33,981 nt of DNA from the NCBI RefSeq assembly GCF_001194135.2, contig NC_068987.1, positions 25,168,839 through 25,202,819 on the forward strand. The letters run 5' to 3'. Below are positions 32,157-33,981 of this stretch, piece by piece. The notes below the pieces were generated by a model. The model did not search any database, was not told the DNA's origin, and saw only the letters and a list, made by a program, of their open reading frames with translations. The stretch's first letter is position 1; the number at the start of each line of letters is the position of its first letter. This stretch comes from Octopus bimaculoides. Lineage: Eukaryota. The position numbers and the translations under genes were made by a program.

Positions 32157-32869
32157 TCTCAACTATATCATAACACACACACATACATACATGCATACAT
32201 ACATGCATACATGCATACATATATATATGCGAGTAAAAATAAATACAAAAAAGGTGTTTCTTTTGTATGATTGTGTATAGAGGAATATATTATTTTGTTT
32301 AAAAGAGTTCCAACACTGTCTGTTTTTTATGTTTTATTTATATTCCTGCAGAACCAATGTGGGGTATAGAATATGGAATATACAATATATAATATAATAT
32401 ACAATATATAATATAAAATAAAATAAAATAAAAATGGATGGCACCATGAAATAAAGTATTGAATGTAGATGAAATATTGAGTGTTCAATATAAAGGATCA
32501 AATATATAAATATAAATATAAATATATAAAGGCGACTCGAGTTTCAGGGCTATTTCCCTTCGTCATGGCCGACACAAACATACACGCACACAGGCATGTA
32601 CATAAATTTGTATATTTTGGTTGAGTCTGTTTTTTGCTACCCAGGAGGTTGGCCTGTGCGTTCTCAGGGTCATGAAGTAAGTTATGACTCACACACACAC
32701 GCGCGCGCGTGCGTGGAGCATTTGTATGTATGTATGTATGTATGTATGTATGTATATAAGATAGTTAATCTCCTTTTTGTTTAAACTCGGAACGTGGCTG
32801 AAAATTACCAAGCACTTTATTTCTTACCAAAACTGAGAACCACTAACCCAAGTTTACTTTCCCCCATTC

Positions 32870-33000
32870 CGATGTACCTCCCTCGCATATTGTGACCCAC
32901 AGGCATTGCACTAACTACTTTCTCCCTATCTCTTCCTTCCCAGAACATTTGCCATCTGGAATTGCCTTTCTAGCCATGTTACTCACGAAGCCGTCAAAGT
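32870..33000 (+). mobile_element. Possible CR1-type LINE 3' fragment
   Basis: CTNYF../FLPRTFAIWNCLSSHV resembles the SF.PRT..LWNSLP motif and the fragment at 17421. Confidence 0.4.
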
Positions 33001-33194
33001 TGAAGCCGACAACGGAAACCATTAACCCCGTTAATATCGACCGTCCAGTAGGGCCAGAGTTGGCTATGGGCTCAGGCCTTTCCCCACTCCGGCTAAATTA
33101 TCGAAAATTACAGCACTTTTCTGCTTCTATCATCTTATCGCTTTGTGATAGAATTAATGATTTCTAACGTTGATGTAACGTCAGAAAATTTTAG

Positions 33195-33295
33195 GAGAAG
33201 AATTAATGTCCCTCGTATTTAACTGGCACTTATTTTAACAATCCAACTTAACCCTGTGGAATGAAGAGTAAAATCAATCCTGTCCTTTTAATTCA
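33195..33295 (-). mobile_element. Old SINE family C-like fragment
   Basis: Reverse complement gattttactcttcattccacagggttaagttggattgttaaaataagtgccagtt resembles the family C core. Confidence 0.4.
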
Positions 33296-33662
33296 GTAAA
33301 AAATCCGCAACTCTTTTAGTTTTGAAAAATCATATCAGTAAGGCACATGATATATAAATGAATATCAGCATGGCCGCAGCTCTAAGCTGAAACTATAAAC
33401 AACAAACAAACATACATACATACGGGTACAAATTTGCATATTTGTATGAGTATAGATACTCACACATTCATGCCTATGTATGAGTATACTTACATACGCA
33501 TATATATATATAAGTATAGACACTGACACATACATACTTATATATAGGAATATAGAACTTCACAGACATACGCATAATTTGTATGAGTATGAGTATGAAT
33601 TTGAGTACTGACTTACATTCACCAATGCACAAAGCTTTCGCTGTGTAATGATTGAGCCATTC

Positions 33663-33981
33663 GGGTGTGGTTGTGATTCATTTAAAAACCACACATCAAT
33701 AAAAGGAAATTTCGCCAGTAATTCATTGAGATATGCTCGTTCATTTCTCTTTTCGCTCATTCTCTTATATTATTAGACCAGGAAATTCCCACAAACATCT
33801 ATAGTTACTACGTCATGCTAAAGAGAAGGCCCCCCTTTGATCCTTTGTCTACAAGAAATAGTAGCCAAATGCGTTTGCTCGTTGGAAAGTCGATGGAAGC
33901 TATATCATAACACACACACACACGCACACATATATGTATATGTATATACTTATATGTATGTAATATAATTTTTCTGAATCT
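33663..33981 (+). repeat. Copy 2 of the exact 319-bp direct repeat, running to the window end
   Basis: Starts gggtgtggttgtgattc, ends ttttctgaatct; identical to 31838-32156. Confidence 0.95.

Overview
AT-rich eukaryotic (animal) non-coding DNA from a gapped draft scaffold with 8 N-runs. I found no intact host gene, rRNA, true tRNA or CRISPR array. The window is almost entirely transposable-element debris and microsatellites. The SINE families look like octopus (coleoid cephalopod) tRNA-derived SINEs; that taxon call is recognition from memory, not a database result. Identified elements: four tRNA-head SINE families (labelled A-D here), three decayed D,D34D mariners, a mariner MITE, a DD37D/maT remnant, and fragments of Gypsy, CR1, RTE, restriction-like-endonuclease (R4/Dong-like) and Penelope-like retroelements. 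Most interesting: (1) a three-layer nest at 2042-5398, where a SINE is split at a TA by a full-length mariner, whose 5' UTR is in turn split by a 1735-bp retroelement with a 13-bp TSD; this inner element carries only a gag-like ORF1 (CCHC knuckle) and no reverse transcriptase; (2) an R4/Dong-like 3' end embedded in a (TAA)n array, and a second such family ending in (TACA)n; (3) a degenerate minimal hammerhead-ribozyme-like motif in a Penelope-like fragment; (4) two head-to-head inverted repeat pairs that could form long dsRNA; (5) an exact 319-bp duplication at the window end. Most ORFs in the supplied track are artefacts of N-gaps, microsatellites or antisense TE sequence.
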